64,000 nucleotides of DNA. Source: Eledone cirrhosa (Eukaryota). Location of the stretch: positions 10,354,001-10,418,000 of the forward strand of contig OZ024765.1 of NCBI GenBank assembly GCA_964016885.1. Direction: 5' to 3'. Positions within the stretch are counted from its first letter, which is position 1. Every line of letters starts with the position of its first letter. Below, one piece after another: positions 23,733-37,900 of this stretch. The position numbers and the translations under genes are program-made. Under the pieces are notes generated by a model. It was given only the letters and a program-made list of their open reading frames with translations. It did no database searches and was not told the origin of the DNA.

Positions 23733-24370
23733 TCACGTTCAACAACTAACGATAGTGGGAGAGTGGAGGTTGCACTTTTTTTTATTCTTTTTAAATTTTA
23801 AATAAAGATAATTTTTCGTCTTTTTTTAAGAAATTACTAAAAAAAATTCAAATAAAAGTTAAATTATGAGGAAATTGTGTTTTTTTTATCATTTTTAGAA
23901 ATAATAATCACGTTCAACAACTATCGTAGCCGAAGGATGAAGTAAGAGGGGGGAAGTTGCTTTTTCCTTTATTTTGTTTATGTTTTGCTTCTTTACTCGT
24001 TTTTTTTTATTTATAGAAATAAAAAAAATTCAAATAAATGAATTAATTAAGCATCGAAATGTAAATTATTAAAGGATGGGTTTCTGTTATTTTAAAATTA
24101 TTGATGATGATAACTTTGAAATAATCATGTTCAACAATTATCATAACGGAAAGACGAAGGCAGAGGGGTGATTGTCTTTTACACCATTGCTTTTTTTACC
24201 GTTTTTTTTTTGGTAGAAAAATTTCAAACAAATTAATTAAAAACAAAATGTAAATTATTAATGGAGTTATTTTAATGCTTTAAAAATTGTTTTTTATGAA
24301 AATTAATTTTGAAATAATAATCACGTTCAACAAATAACGTGATGGGGAGTAAAGAGGAGGAGGATATTCT
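23733..24370. repeat. Four degenerate ~175-217-bp tandem units upstream of the promoter
   Basis: TCA(C/T)GTTCAACAA at 23733, 23908, 24125 and 24321, each followed by a purine-rich block, a T-tract and AAATTCAAA. Confidence 0.75.
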
Positions 24371-24580
24371 TTAAATAAATTTTTGTTTCTTTTTATCATG
24401 TCTTTCTTTGTTTGCCCTGTTTGTAGAAATAAATATTCAAACAAATTAATTGCAATATGAATGATTGGTGTGTTTTTTTTTTCTCCTTTATTATTTTCTA
24501 AATTGTTGTTGAAAAATACTTGAAAAATGATAGCGTTTTTACAACTTAGAGGCTCACTACAAACGAGATTAACAATTTTT

Positions 24581-24604
24581 AAACATGGCGCCCCTCTGAC
24601 GTCA
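24581..24604. promoter_or_regulatory. YY1-like AAACATGGCG adjacent to a perfect CRE (TGACGTCA)
   Basis: GC-rich motif pair in AT-rich sequence about 0.9 kb upstream of the promoter. Confidence 0.4.
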
Positions 24605-25194
24605 CTAACTATATATATATATATATGTGTGTCTTATCTACATATATATTTGTATACATATAAATGTATGTGTGTTACATGTTTGTATACCTCACTCCTC
24701 TTTAATATTTATCTAACTTATAGTTTCAATTTTTATCCAAATTCCGTGTTTCTTTCTTTGTCCGAATGTTCAGCCGTATTTTTTTTTTACTTTCAATTTA
24801 CAAATAAATGTCGCAGTATTAAAAAAGTTAAAAGTGCTTCATTTCTTCTTCAATAAAACGAAGAAACTAACCGTCATGTTAAAATAAGAACTTAGAATTT
24901 AAGGAATATTTGTAAGGGGGGAAAATGCAAGAAAACTTCAATGAAGTGATATATATTTAATTGAGAGTTGTTGCAATATTTTATTAAGGATTTTAAATAA
25001 AAGGCTTTTTGTCATATATGAAGTGCTATTTAAATGAATTATTTTTGTCATTGTGTGTGTCAAGTTCTGTCTATATAGAGAGAGAGAGAAATATTTATAT
25101 ATGTATATATATACATATATATATTATATACACAGTATATACTCTTTACTCTTTTACCTGTTCCAGGCATCTGGCTGATGCCATTCTGGAGCAC

Positions 25195-25226
<32 letters not shown>

Positions 25227-25281
25227 ATTGTTTCTACTTTTGGCACAAGGCCAGCAATTAAATAGTGTATTACTGGTACTT

Positions 25282-25332
<51 letters not shown>

Positions 25333-26229
25333 TATAATGTACGTATATATTTGTTTAAATAATCTAACTATCATTTATGGTATTTAAATATATGACATTT
25401 TCTTCCTGCAACCTTTCCACACCGGTTAGTTAATTGAAAGATTGTTCATGAAATATAATACGTGATATGTTAAAAATTTCACATTTAGGTTTAATAACAA
25501 TCAATATAAATATTTAATAAATCTACGATCGAAATATTTATTCTACTAAAATAAAGGATTTTTTTCTTTGTTTTTCACAATACACTGGAATTACATGTTA
25601 GCATTTTAATATTATTAAAATAGTTTATTAAATGTAATTTGACAAGGTACCTACATGAACTTAAATAAAACAATAATCGGGAGAAAGGAATTTCTATTGA
25701 GTCGATCCTTAAGGAATAAAGCAATCCTGTTGCCACGGACTAATGATACATTCATTTTATTTTCGGCTCTACTAAATAACACCATTAAAAAATATATATT
25801 AAGGCTCATAATTTCATGAAATTGTTACTGTAATATTGATTATTTTAAAAGATTATGCATTTACTTAAACTATAAAACAATCTCATCAGTATTTACACAA
25901 CCACAGATCCTATCATTTCCTTGTTTTTAATTATGTTTATTTATATTTAAAAAAATAGGACATAGGCGATATTTATTTTATCTAAAAATATGAATTAAAA
26001 TGTTAAAAAATTAATTCGAAGTTAGTTGGTAGCTAGAAGCTACTAAAAACTAAATGTGATTGTTTTAATAAAAGAAATATATATTTCCAGATGTGAATAC
26101 GAATTCGAAACTTCTAATGAGGAAATATTTGAAATATGACAATGGTTGCTTCCTCTTCCATTTTTCAACGTCTTGTCTAATTATCTCCCATGTCATTTCC
26201 TATTAACACGTGTTTCTCACATTGTGAAC

Positions 26230-26515
26230 ACGCATGGCTTAGTGGTTAAGGTGTCCGGCTTAAGAGCCTGAAGTCATGAGTTCAATTACCAGCAGTGCAT
26301 TTTGTTCTTTAACAAGATATTTTGTTTAATGTTTTTCAAAATTATTCGGTTGGTAAAAAATTAGGTTTTACGTGTATTTCAAAGGGTCCTGTTTTGTCAC
26401 ACAGTTATGATGAGTCTTCCTGAGAACTACATACACACTGCTGTGAAATGTTCAACGTTAGTTTCACGAACAGGCTGTTCTGTTATTCACACAATTGAAC
26501 ACTAGTATCAGTCCT
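26230..26515 (+). mobile_element. Old tRNA-derived SINE
   Basis: A-box TGGCTTAGTGG and B-box GAGTTCAATTACC. Confidence 0.6.
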
Positions 26516-27184
26516 GCCAGCCTCTAAAAACTCAAATAGGGAGTACCATGAAAAAAAGTGCCCCAAAAACGGGGTGAAACGAGGCAAAATGGGGACGTGT
26601 TACATAATGAAAGATTATACCCATTTTCATAATAGAAGACATCTCTCACCCACCACAAAGTTGATGGGAGATCTCCCCGTCAGATGGAGAGGGTTAACAA
26701 GTTTGTATTAGTCAGAACCAACAGAGTTCAAACTGCTTTAAATTTTTCTTATAAATCTATAATAAGAGTGTGGTCTGTCCATCATGTTATGTAGAGAAGG
26801 CGATTACCAAGTGAGAGATATTTACATAGATAGAGAGAGTAAAGGGAACGCTGTGTATTTTCAAGGGGACAGAAAGAAGTAGATAGATAGAAAGTTATGA
26901 TGCCACCCTCATCTATATATAGAGAGCGTGAGCGTCAAGCGAGAGATATGTACATAAATAGAGAGAGAAAAGGAACGTCATTTGTTTAGAGAGAGAGTGT
27001 GTGTATGTGACAGAAAGGGGGAGAAGATGTCACACTCATCTAGTAAAAATAATTTAAGGAGTAGAAGGGACAATCGATTAAATTAAGCCTCAATATATGA
27101 CTGGCATTTTATCATGCTGAGCCCAGAAGGAAAAAGGCAAAGGTGACCTCGACATGATTTGATCACAGAATATATAGAACCCGC

Positions 27185-27810
27185 CATCATCATAATCCTT
27201 TTTACGTCTGTTTTTCCACACTTGCATGGGTTGGATGGGTCCTTCTCAGCACAGCATTTCTCCTGTCGCCACGTTCCTTTGTCATCTCCTCTGTGAGTCT
27301 CAGCAATTTGAAGTCAGCTCTCACAACCTCTGCCCAGCTATCTCTCAAAGACAATGACACACGACCGTGACTTCTGGCGTCACGCAGTAATACAGGGTAC
27401 CCGACCTCCCATGGGTACATGCTGAAGCATATAAACAATATGCCCCCACACCCCCCACCGCAAGGTGGTCGTGGAGGTGCCACGGCAAAAAAGCACCCGG
27501 CCCACACTGTAAAGTGGACGTGTAGGCGCCACGAAAAAGCACCCAGCACTCACTGTAAATGAGGTTGGTGTTAGGAAGGGCATCCAGCTGTAGAAATCAA
27601 GCCAGATCAGTTCCTGTATGAGCAAGGCATGGTCAGCCGACCAGACACTGCCCACAACAGGACAACCCGTCTAACCCATGCTAGCGTGGAAGAACGGACG
27701 TAAAACGGTGATGATGATGATGATGATGATGATGATGACTACTCCTGTGGCTTCCTTCCACTAGCATTTCCTGGCACTTCTTCACCCAGAGATCATGTCT
27801 GTACCAATAC
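27185..27810 (-). mobile_element. Old RTE LINE 3' end interrupted by a younger insertion
   Basis: VKKCQEMLVEGSHRS (27738-27790) continues as SWAEVVRADFKLLRLTEEMTKERGDRRNAV (27340 downward), ending in a (GAT)n-like tail. Confidence 0.7.
27341..27737 (+). mobile_element. Young 5'-truncated RTE LINE 3' end
   Basis: Nearly identical to 47562-47944; (GAT)n tail. Confidence 0.85.
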
Positions 27811-28649
27811 AGTCTTCTTTCTGTCATCAAATGCAAAGTGGAATAGAGCATAGGACAACATGCTTTGCATTCTGAGTTGAAATCTCGTTGAGGTCAACGT
27901 TCTTTTTCATCCTTACAGGGTCAATAAAATAAAGCACCAATAACACACAAGAGTTGATTTAATCGATTTTCCTCTCCACAAAAAATTGTTGGCCTTGTAC
28001 TAAATTCAGACACCATTAAATACATATCAGTGAACAGATTACAACATCTGGGAAACATCACTTTTGCAGCTGTCTTCACAAACTATTTTATCTGATGTTC
28101 CACTTATTCTGCCAATCCATTATCAACATTCATAATAATTGTTTCTACTTTTGGCACAAGGCCAGCAATTAACCAGTGCATTACTGGTACTTTATTTTAT
28201 CGACCTCGTAAGGATGAAATATAAAGTTAACCTCGGTGAGATTTGAACTCAGAATGGCAAGGGCCATAACTCTATACGTCAAAGCATGGCGTCTGACCCT
28301 CTACCAATATTCATAATAATGTTTTCTAATGTGGTGATAAAGTCTTTAGAATAACCCTTTAAATAAAAATGCACAACTTATTGAAACTAAAATTTATTTA
28401 TTCTGCAAAACATATTCACCATTGAATGCAATAACATCTCATCAATTCCATGTTTTTGAGGTTCAGACTTTGTCAGTCTTGACAGTGATGCTGCAGTTGT
28501 TATCACTTGACGTTGAGTCAATTCTGTTCTGGGCAGAGTGACAATTTCTCGTCAATGGGAACAATTGGTTAAAACTTGCTATTCAACTTTTATTTCTGTT
28601 TACAACGATTGCAGTATTCGCACCTTTCTGTGAAAGATGTTTGGTAGGT

Positions 28650-30405
28650 GTTGCTTCCTTCATGCACTTGTTGCGATACCAGACATCAGTAAACAGTACA
28701 AATTATAGATTGCAGCTGCTGCATAATGGTTTTCCAAGTAACTTTTCCCCAGGTGAAGCAGCTTTCCTGTCTGATATAGACCAATGATTGAGGAGAATTC
28801 ACTGGAAATATGAATACCAATCATCAATGATAGGATTCCATGCAGTTAAGGCATGCTTCATGGTTTGAACAGCTCACTTGGCTTATCTATTTGACTGAGG
28901 GTGGTAAGCAGGTGTGTACATGCACTTTATGCCAAGGATCAATAACCAATCTTTCAATGTTGTAAATTCAGGAGTGTTGTCTGATACATCAACCTTTGGC
29001 AGTTCAAAATGACTGAAAAAATGCAATATGCACTTTTGTATGTGTTCTTGATTTTGTTGGAATAAGAAACAACAATGAATAAATTACCAATGTGGTTCAT
29101 GAAAGCCCACATGAATATGCTCTCATAGGCCTTCCTTGTTCCATGTTGCTGTTGATTCATCTCTCAGAATTAAATTTTAATAACCAGCGCAAATAAAAGT
29201 AGTGACATCTTGAGACGTGTTTGGCCACCAGAACTCAAGAAAAATGTTACTGAACATTTGTTAAATACCCAAATGTGTATTGTAACTGTCATGAAGCACA
29301 ATGTCACACATTCGGTAAGGAACAAACATTCTTGTTCCTAGATATAGAATTCTGTTTTCTATTATTAGTTGATAACGAACAAGTGAAAAAGGAAGGTCGC
29401 ACTTATTTTGCAAAATCCATTTCCCAGATAAGACCATGCGGTTGATTCACTAAATATATATGTCGCATTCTGTAATTCTTTTCACATAATTGATGCACGG
29501 GGTTCTGAACGGAATGTCATTCACTTGTTCAACTGTAAAGACAGATTCCTCATCCACTGTTGGCAATCTCAACATTGCATCAACATGAGGAATTTTTGAG
29601 CCAAAGATATGCAATATTTTGAAATCAAATGCCATCAATTGAATAGATCATCACTCAACTCTAGCAGAAACATTACTAGGAATTTGCATTTTGGGGTGGA
29701 AGATATACTTCTAAGGTCTGTGATTCATATTGAGCTTGAACTTTTTACCAAGCAGGAATTGTTTGAGACAGGTAACAGTTCATATGATGGCAAATGCTTC
29801 ATGCTCAATATTTGACCAATTAGATTCAGCAAACATCAATTTTCTTGATAAGTATAGGACAGGGTGACTATTTTGTGAAATTATTGCGACAACACTGTTC
29901 ATTTAGACATGTTGTCAGCTAGGTAGATAGTTTAGGATCAAATTACTTCAACATAGCTTGTTTTTAATATTCTCAAACTCAAGTTGGCACTTGTCTGTCC
30001 AGTGAAAACAATTGGCAGTAGTTAGTTTCTGCATGTTTATTGTTTTCTCACTGAAATTTAAAATGAATTACCCGAAGTACTCAATCAGTCCAAAAAAAGA
30101 TTATAGTTCTTCAGTGTTCTTGGGCAGATTTAATGCAATGATTCTGTCGATGAGCCCTTTATCAGGTTTAATTCCTTCCACTGATATCTTTCGTCCTTTA
30201 AGCACAACATTCTCCATTACATGGTGAAAAATTGCAGAACTATACTTCATCTCCATCATTAATTGTGTAACTAGGTAGACTCCTCTTGTAGAATTGATGG
30301 CACAGAATGGCTGGCTGTTTTCATTGAGTTTGATCTGCTAATATACATCAGTTAAGTCAATCTTAGCAAGGAATCTTGCAACACTAAGCTTGCTGAACAT
30401 GGTTT
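28650..30405 (-). mobile_element. Decayed Ty3/gypsy LTR-retrotransposon pol (RT-RNaseH-integrase) relic
   Basis: Minus-strand fragments FLAKIDLTDVY*QIKL (RT), PVLYLSRKL..SNIEHEAFAI and LMAFDFKILHIFGSKIPHVDAMLRLP (RNaseH), THLGI..FWWPN and TPAYHPQSN (integrase), with many stops and frameshifts. Confidence 0.85.
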
Positions 30406-31340
30406 CTATATATTTAGTTAAGTTATGTTACAAATACCCACTTAAAATGAAATCATTTATAATTTGACTGAATCCTTCCAAATTCTGCATCAATCAATTC
30501 ATATGTGGTGAATTTCATTAGAAATATTGTCATGAAAGGTTTACACATAACTTGATTCATTGGTAATTTCAGACATCTCTTACCATCAAAAATACGTCAC
30601 AACCTTGATCCTTGAGATATGTTAATATTTTAGAGAAAATTATATGAATAATGTGAACCATCTAATTTTGTTGAATGCTAAAGACATTATAAATAACAAT
30701 TTGAGCCATATTCTTGTTCTCTAATTCATGTTGAGCACTAAAGATATTATATGTATCAATTTGAGCCACCATATCTTTATTCAATTATAAGTATCAATTT
30801 GAGCTACAACCTTGTTCTCTAATACACAATGAACACTAAAGATGTTATAATTATTAATTTAAGCCACTTCCTTGTTCTCTAAGACATTTAGAACACTAGA
30901 AATATAATAGGAAACAATTTGAGCCACATCCTTGTTCTTTAATACTAATAAACACTAAAGATATTATATGAAACAGTTTGAGCCTCCTCCTTGTTTTTTT
31001 TATACACAAGTAACAGTTTGAGCCAGACCCCTATAAGTTGCACTGAGAGTGTAAAGAAAAGTTCAGGGAGCTATTTGTTCTGTTGGCAACAAAAGGATTC
31101 TCTCCATGTATAAAAGTACAAAGTGCAGTGTTGCATGTTAATGAAACATAGGTAGTAAATGCAGAAGACATGTTAAGGTTGGAGAGAAGTGAAGCAAGCA
31201 TACTTCAATGAAGTTGTGATGTTAATATGCATGAAAGGTAAAGCATGGATAAACCAAAAGAGAGATGAGTATAAGAGGAATCAAATGTAAAGACCAAGAG
31301 AAAAGACAGCATTGCTAAGGACATATGATGCACATGAAGG

Positions 31341-31622
31341 ATGACTCTGACTAACCCAGGCTCTGCTGCACTTCAGGCTGTGGAGTGTAAACTCTCCAAA
31401 TATTGGTCACTCTCTGACAGGTTTGCGGTTGAGCCTGTAGCAGTGGAGACTTTTGGTGTCTTTGGCCCTAGTGCCACCTCTCTGATCACCACCATCAGTA
31501 CAGAGTTGGCAACCTGCAGGTATGGCTCTTCCAGTGCATCTCCCTCACCATCCTCTGGGGCAATGGCTTCTCTCTGGCAGAGCCACAGGGCAACCAGAGC
31601 ATGGGCCCTCATTTGCTCTTAA
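31341..31622 (+). mobile_element. C-terminal restriction-like endonuclease fragment of a CRE-type non-LTR retrotransposon
   Basis: KLSKY..FAVEPVAVETFGVFGPSA, then after a frameshift LFQCISLTILWGN. Resembles the FVPxAVETxGxWG...QRISxAIQRGN motif. Confidence 0.65.
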
Positions 31623-31779
31623 TAGTGAAAGATGGGGAGAGCGGAAGAGATGGAGGCAGTGACAGTGGGAGTTTGGTTCCATTGTGTTCGGACCTGGCAT
31701 ATATGTATATATTTATTTACCACACCACATTAACTTTAAAAGACAGAAAGTTATGAATGTTAAATCCTTGACACCAGAA

Positions 31780-33540
31780 CATGTACAAGACAGAACAAGA
31801 AATGTTGGAGAATCTGGAGAATGAGAGTAAGGAAGATAAAGGACCTTTCTGTTAAGTGTAGTTTCAGAAATGTTTTATGTGTTGCATATGATGAAAGGGA
31901 AAAGTTAGATACATATGACATAGAAGGATTTTGACAGAGTACCATGATTTGTTATTTGGTGGTCTTTAAAGAATCTAGATGTAGAAGAATGGCTTGTGAG
32001 TACAGTACAAACCATACACAAAGGAGCTGTTAGTAAAGTGAAAATACATAATGAGTTTAGTGAGGAATTCAAAGCGCAGCTATCTGTTCATCAGGACTCA
32101 GTCATCTGCCCACTTCTGTTTATTATAGTTCTCCAGGCCACTACAAAAGAGTTTAAAACTGGTTGTTCTTGGAGACTTGTGTTTACTGCCAACCTGGTTC
32201 TTATAGCTGAATCTGTGGAAATGCTGGAGAAGAAATTTCAGTTGTGGAAACAGAACTAAAAATTAAAATGGCTTACAGTAAAATTGGCATAAACCAATGT
32301 AGAAAAAAAGACAGGATCCTGTCCAATCAGGGAAGTTGCCTTGCTCAGTATGTAAAAATTTGGTTGATAGATAATATATGGGGAAAGCTTATTTTTCTTT
32401 GCCCATTTATTCCTGAGAGGGCCGTGGGGGCTAGTCTTCAAACACCCCTTCCAACTGGTCCTGTCAGAAGCAATCATCTCCAACTGGATCCCCAAGCATG
32501 ACTAACCAAGCACAAGTATGTTATCCAACAATCTTACTCGGGGTTCAGCCTTTGAGTGTCTTGCCGGTTAGTTTTGCCTGTAAAATCTGTCCAGCGATTC
32601 ATTCTTGAGACATTCTAACCACATGCCCATAATATCAGAGCTGTGATTGCTCAATTTAGAGAAATAGCAAATCTACCTGAAGTGACTCTCTGACTTCTGA
32701 CTTACACGCTTTATTGAGTAACATTATTATAACCGCCGAGGTTAACTTTGCCTTTCATCCTTATGGGGTTGATAAAATAAGGTACCAGTAATACACTGAG
32801 TAATTGCTGGCCTTGTGCCAAAAGTAGAAACAATTATTTCAAAGACCTTTCAGAGGAATCTCATTTCAACAATTTGTATTCACAATCGTATTTTTTCAGT
32901 CATTACCCAAGATTCATGACCATAGGTAAGGATTGGCATGAAAACCAAATCGAAGAATGCAAGTTTGGCTTTTATGTCTACCTTCCTTCTTCTGATTATT
33001 GAATGCTGAATTTGGCACATTACTGCACCAGCTTTTGCAATTGGAAAGTACACAATGCAAATTATGGGTACACAAAAAGATAGTAAGCATACTTACAGAA
33101 AAGGTAGATTTTGTATGTAGTAGATTAACAGGGATAATTGGTAATAGGAACATCAGTGAAATAATCATTTTCCTATCCCAGAGGATCCACGAAAGCGGTT
33201 GATAGCTTCTGCTATTTAAGTGATCTAATTAGCAACGGAGAAGGTTGATCTGAGAGTATTGTAGCTAGGATAAGAATGGGGTAGAAAACATTCAGGGACA
33301 ATTACCTTTGTTAACAACCAACATTTTCTCTCTAGAAAGAAAAGACAGATTGTATGATGCCTGCATGCAATGTGCAATGTTGCATAGTAGTGAGATATGG
33401 GCAACGACTGCAGAGGATATATATGTGAAGGCTGGAGAGAAATGAAGTGAGCATGCTTCAATGGATAATGCACGAAATAAAAGGGATGCTGCCCTAGAAA
33501 AGACCCATGCAAGCATAGAAAATCAGGCGTAAAGTGATGA
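31780..33540. mobile_element. Mosaic of decayed RTE LINE fragments
   Basis: SVHQDSVICPLLFIIVLQATTKEFKTGCSW (31996-32259, +), antisense YYGHVVRM near 32620, and a further + strand fragment at 33050-33540. Confidence 0.7.
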
Positions 33541-36011
33541 CGATATGTATGTGTGTATGACTATGTCTATGTTTGCCTGTAATGATGTCCTGTAACGTAG
33601 CAGTTCGACATGAAATGATCAATAAAATAAGTACCAGACGTGAAAAAAGTAAGTAGTGGGGTCAATATAATTGACTAAACCATGGTGGTGCCCCAGCATG
33701 ACCGCAGTCAAATGACTAGAACCAGCAAAAGAATATCCTTTATGCTTTTGCTAGGCAAAAAAAAAAAAAAAAAAAAGAGTTCGTTTTATGACAAAGGAAA
33801 TATGATATTGCCAAGATCGTTATCAATGTAACATAAATTAAATTAGTAGAGCTCCGTTCATCGCCAAAACCACATTCCATTTCTATTCTTCTCACAATAA
33901 AGAAATAAATAAAAAAAGCCCTAACCTCGAGATGTCATGAAATATACTGTAAACGTATAAACTGTTATGTTTTGTTTTATTTTTCTTACTCTGCTCTAAT
34001 TTTTATTTACTCTTGTAATTCTAATTTACTTTGTACCGGTTTTCCCAAATCAAGCATAAACACATATGTTGCAATGCTTCGTTTAAACTTCAATAAAATA
34101 GATTTCAATGGGATTTGAAATGGTGCCTCCATCTTAGCTTATCGTACACCATGTTTCACGGCGCGAGTCACGATTGCTCTAAATACAGATTAAATTCAAG
34201 ATAGTATAGTGCTTATAGAAAGCTGTCATCTTATAATTTTTTTTTATATTATATAGTTGTTAAACGCAGAGGTTTTTGCAAGAAGCAAATGGGAATATGG
34301 CAAATTTATTTCAAACTTCTGAAGAACATAAGCTACAAAAATAAATTGGGATGGCTTTATTGGGGCCTCGAAGTTGTGGGCCAACTAGGTTGATCGGCAG
34401 ATCATATCTCAAAGAGATAACTGCTCATGTCAGACAGAAAGTATATATGTTTAAAAATGGCGGATTGCAACATAGAATGGCATTGTGGGTATTGGTGAAC
34501 ATCACGAAACCTTGGTTTAACAACCACTTGTGTTTGACATAGGATTCATATAATAATAGCCATTTTCTAGGGTTTATATTCCTATAAATAAAAAATCAAG
34601 AGACAGAATGAATTACAAATTTAATTACAAATAATTTTCATTTGAATTATTTTTGTGTTATTTCTGCAATATAAACGGTTAAGAAAACAATTAAAAACGA
34701 ACAAAAAAAAATACAAACTTCTCTCAGATTAATTCATGATTTGTTTTTTTCTTCTTTTTATTAAAAGATTTGAAACTAACTTGAATTATAATAAAAATCT
34801 TCACTCAGACAAAAACATAAATAAAATAAAAAGAAACAAGGGAGATAATTTTTCTGAGAGCTATTTCATTCCTGGAGATTTACATGCAGCAAAAAATATG
34901 TAATTTTTATCTTTTTTTTTCTATTTTAATCTTAATTAATTATTCTCACTTTTAAATGGTATTTATATGTCAATTCTGCAAAGCATTTTTAGTGAAAATT
35001 GTTTTTATAATTTCTTTAAATAATTTAAAGTGGCTGAAATCGAGGCCCCAAATGTGTAATGTGTGGCGGCCATGAGACTTAATACATTCAAATCCTTACA
35101 CAGCTTGCTGTGTATTTATAATATCTGGGAACCACACCGCACATTTACTCAGCCACCTCCTTTTTTTAATGTTGCACAAACAAACCCTTCCGCTATCGCT
35201 CCCCAGTTGGTTTCATTCAAGTTTTTTCTTCCCTAGTTCTCCTTCAACGTTAACCGTGAATATGTAATCAAAAAGCATGGCATTGATGGACAGTTATACG
35301 CATGCATGCATACCACTTCGTTATTTTCTACATATATACACACACATGCCTGCATAAAATGTGTGGCAGCTAGCAAAATAGGAGAAAATACCTAAAGAGA
35401 GTTAAAAAAAAGCAAGCAAAGGAAAGAGGGATTCCAAAAAATGGTAACAGAAGAGAAGAAGAAAACGAAAAAGAGAAAAAAACACTAGTTATTTGAAAAC
35501 AGAAAGAATATATAATAGAGTGCTAGCTTGTATGAATGTATGTAAATACGATTTTAAGTTTGTTCTTGTAAAGCAAGGCTAAATGCATTCAAAATATAAA
35601 GATCATACAAAGGGATCACGCAGCAATATATTTAATAATAAACCGAACATTTTCAAGACATAGATTGTAAAGTCTTTCTTCTCTCTATCTTGTGTTGGAA
35701 CATTTCTTAACTGGATGGTGGCGAACAGTTTTTTGAGTTTTTAGATTTTAAACAAAAAAAAAAAAAATACACGAGGAAAAACAAGGAAAAATATCAAATC
35801 AAATACACAGAACACACAGAACACCCTTTTAAAACATCAGTTGGGTGAAGGAAAAAAAAAAAAGGCAGGTACGTTCTCTAATTATAAATTCCCCCCAAAT
35901 TATATATATATATATACACACATATACATATATACACACACATATATTGTATACATGTGTGTATGTAAGCACATATTTATGTTTTATATACACACATATA
36001 TATATATATGT

Positions 36012-36136
36012 ATATTATTCTAAATATTAATAAATGAAGACATTCACACAATCAAATTTTGATTATGTGAATATTTTGATTATGTGAATATTTTGATTAT
36101 GTGAATGTCTTCGTTTATTAATATTTAGAATAATAT
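36012..36136. repeat. Fold-back inverted repeat (~45-bp arms) with an internal 17-bp triplication
   Basis: ATATTATTCTAAATATTAATAAATGAAGACATTCAC pairs with GTGAATGTCTTCGTTTATTAATATTTAGAATAATAT; (TA)-rich flanks. Confidence 0.85.
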
Positions 36137-36559
36137 TAATAACTCCAGAAAACTTCATCGTAGAGTGCTTTTAATCTATTGTAAAACTATTCATTGAGTA
36201 ATCAATGAACCATATTAATCTTTCGTTATATATATATATATTTATATATTGTATACATGTGTGTATGTAAGCATATATTGATATATGCATATATATATAT
36301 ATGTTTTATATACACATATATATATATATAGTTAAGTATAAGTACTTGTATACATGTATGTAAGCACAGATGTATAAATAAATAAACATATATATATATA
36401 TATATACACATATATATTATATATATATATATATATATAATATATATATATATGTTTGTGTGTGTGTAAAAAAAATTCTTCCTCTTCTAATGTTAATTCG
36501 ATTAAATTTGATTGTAACCATTTGTTGGTTCGGAATATTTCCTCCTCCGAAGAAAAATA

Positions 36560-37079
36560 CTATCATCATCATCATCATCACAAGAAGCGGCGAAAGAAAG
36601 AGTGAGAGAGTTCGTAGTATTATTCTCTAAACATTATTCTCTAAATTAACTACTACTACTACTATTATTACTGTCAGTAATATTATCATCATCATCATCA
36701 TCGTCACAAGAAGCGGCGAAAGAGAGAGTTCGTAGTATTATTCTCTAAATTAACTACTACTACTACTAGTACTATTACTGTTAGTAATATTATCATTATC
36801 ATCATCATCATCATCGTCACAAGAAGCGGCGAAAGAGAGAGTTCGTAGTATTATTCTCTGAATTAACTACTACTACTACTACTAGTACTATTACTGTTAC
36901 TAATATTATCATCACCACCACCATCGTCACAAGAAGCGGCGAAAGAGAGAGTTCGTAGTATTATTCTCTGAATCAACTACTACTACTACTATTATTACTG
37001 TTAGTAATATTATCATCATCATCATCATCGTCACAAGAAGCGGCGAAAGAGAGAGTTCGTAGTATTATTCTCTGAATCA

Positions 37080-37113
<34 letters not shown>

Positions 37114-37350
37114 GTAAGAGCATCATCATCATCGTCGTCACAAGAAGCGACGAGAGAGTTCGTAGTATTATTCTCTGAATTAACTACTACTACTACTACT
37201 AGTATAAATATCATCATCACAATCACAACCAACAAAAGAGTTTTTAGTATTATTCTTTAAATTTACTACTACTACTACTGATATACATATCACAAGAAAG
37301 AGATAGTTTTTAGTATTCTCCAAATTAACTACTACTACTACTACAACCAT
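36560..37350. repeat. ~110-bp compound satellite (CAT)n-CGTCACAAGAAGCGGCGAAAGAGAGAGTTCGTAG-(TAC)n, about 7 units
   Basis: Direct inspection. Confidence 0.9.
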
Positions 37351-37479
37351 CATCATCACCATCATAATTATTATTGTTGTTGTTTTAAGTAAATTTCCTT
37401 CACCCTAATGGATCTGGGAAGTGATGCTGCTACGGTCATTCCTTCACCACCACCATCACAGCCAGCCATCGTCTGCCTT

Positions 37480-37900
37480 CTCCCCCTTGTATTGCCGCCT
37501 TTCCTCCGTCTCCATCATCATCATCGTCATCATCACTACTACAATCAACAACACCGCAGACATCATCATCATCATCATCATCATCCACTTTTTTCTTCGC
37601 CTCTTCCTTCTCGTATTGCCGCCTCTCCTCCGCCACTATCATCATCATCATAACAACTACAATCAACACCGCAGGCATCATCATCATCATCACCATCATC
37701 ATCCACTTCTTTCTTCGCCTCTTCCTCTTTCTCGTATTGCCGCCTCTCCTCCGCCGCCATCGTCACCATAACAATAACAATCTACAACACCGCAGACATC
37801 ATCATCATCATCACCCACTTCTTTCTTTGCCTCTCCCTCCTCCTCTTTTGTATTGCCGCCTCTCTTCTGCCGCCATCATCATCATCATCAACATTAACAT
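37480..37900. repeat. ~120-bp compound repeat with (CAT)n, 3-4 units
   Basis: Repeated CAACACCGCAGACATCATC and GTATTGCCGCCTCTCCTCCGCC. Confidence 0.85.

Noticed and set aside
24585-24602. CTCF site
   Set aside because: Spacing does not fit the CTCF core; better read as YY1 plus CRE.
36560-37350. Conserved repeat with variable intervening sequence (CRISPR-like)
   Set aside because: The intervening sequence is only (CAT)n/(TAC)n length variation, so this is a compound satellite.
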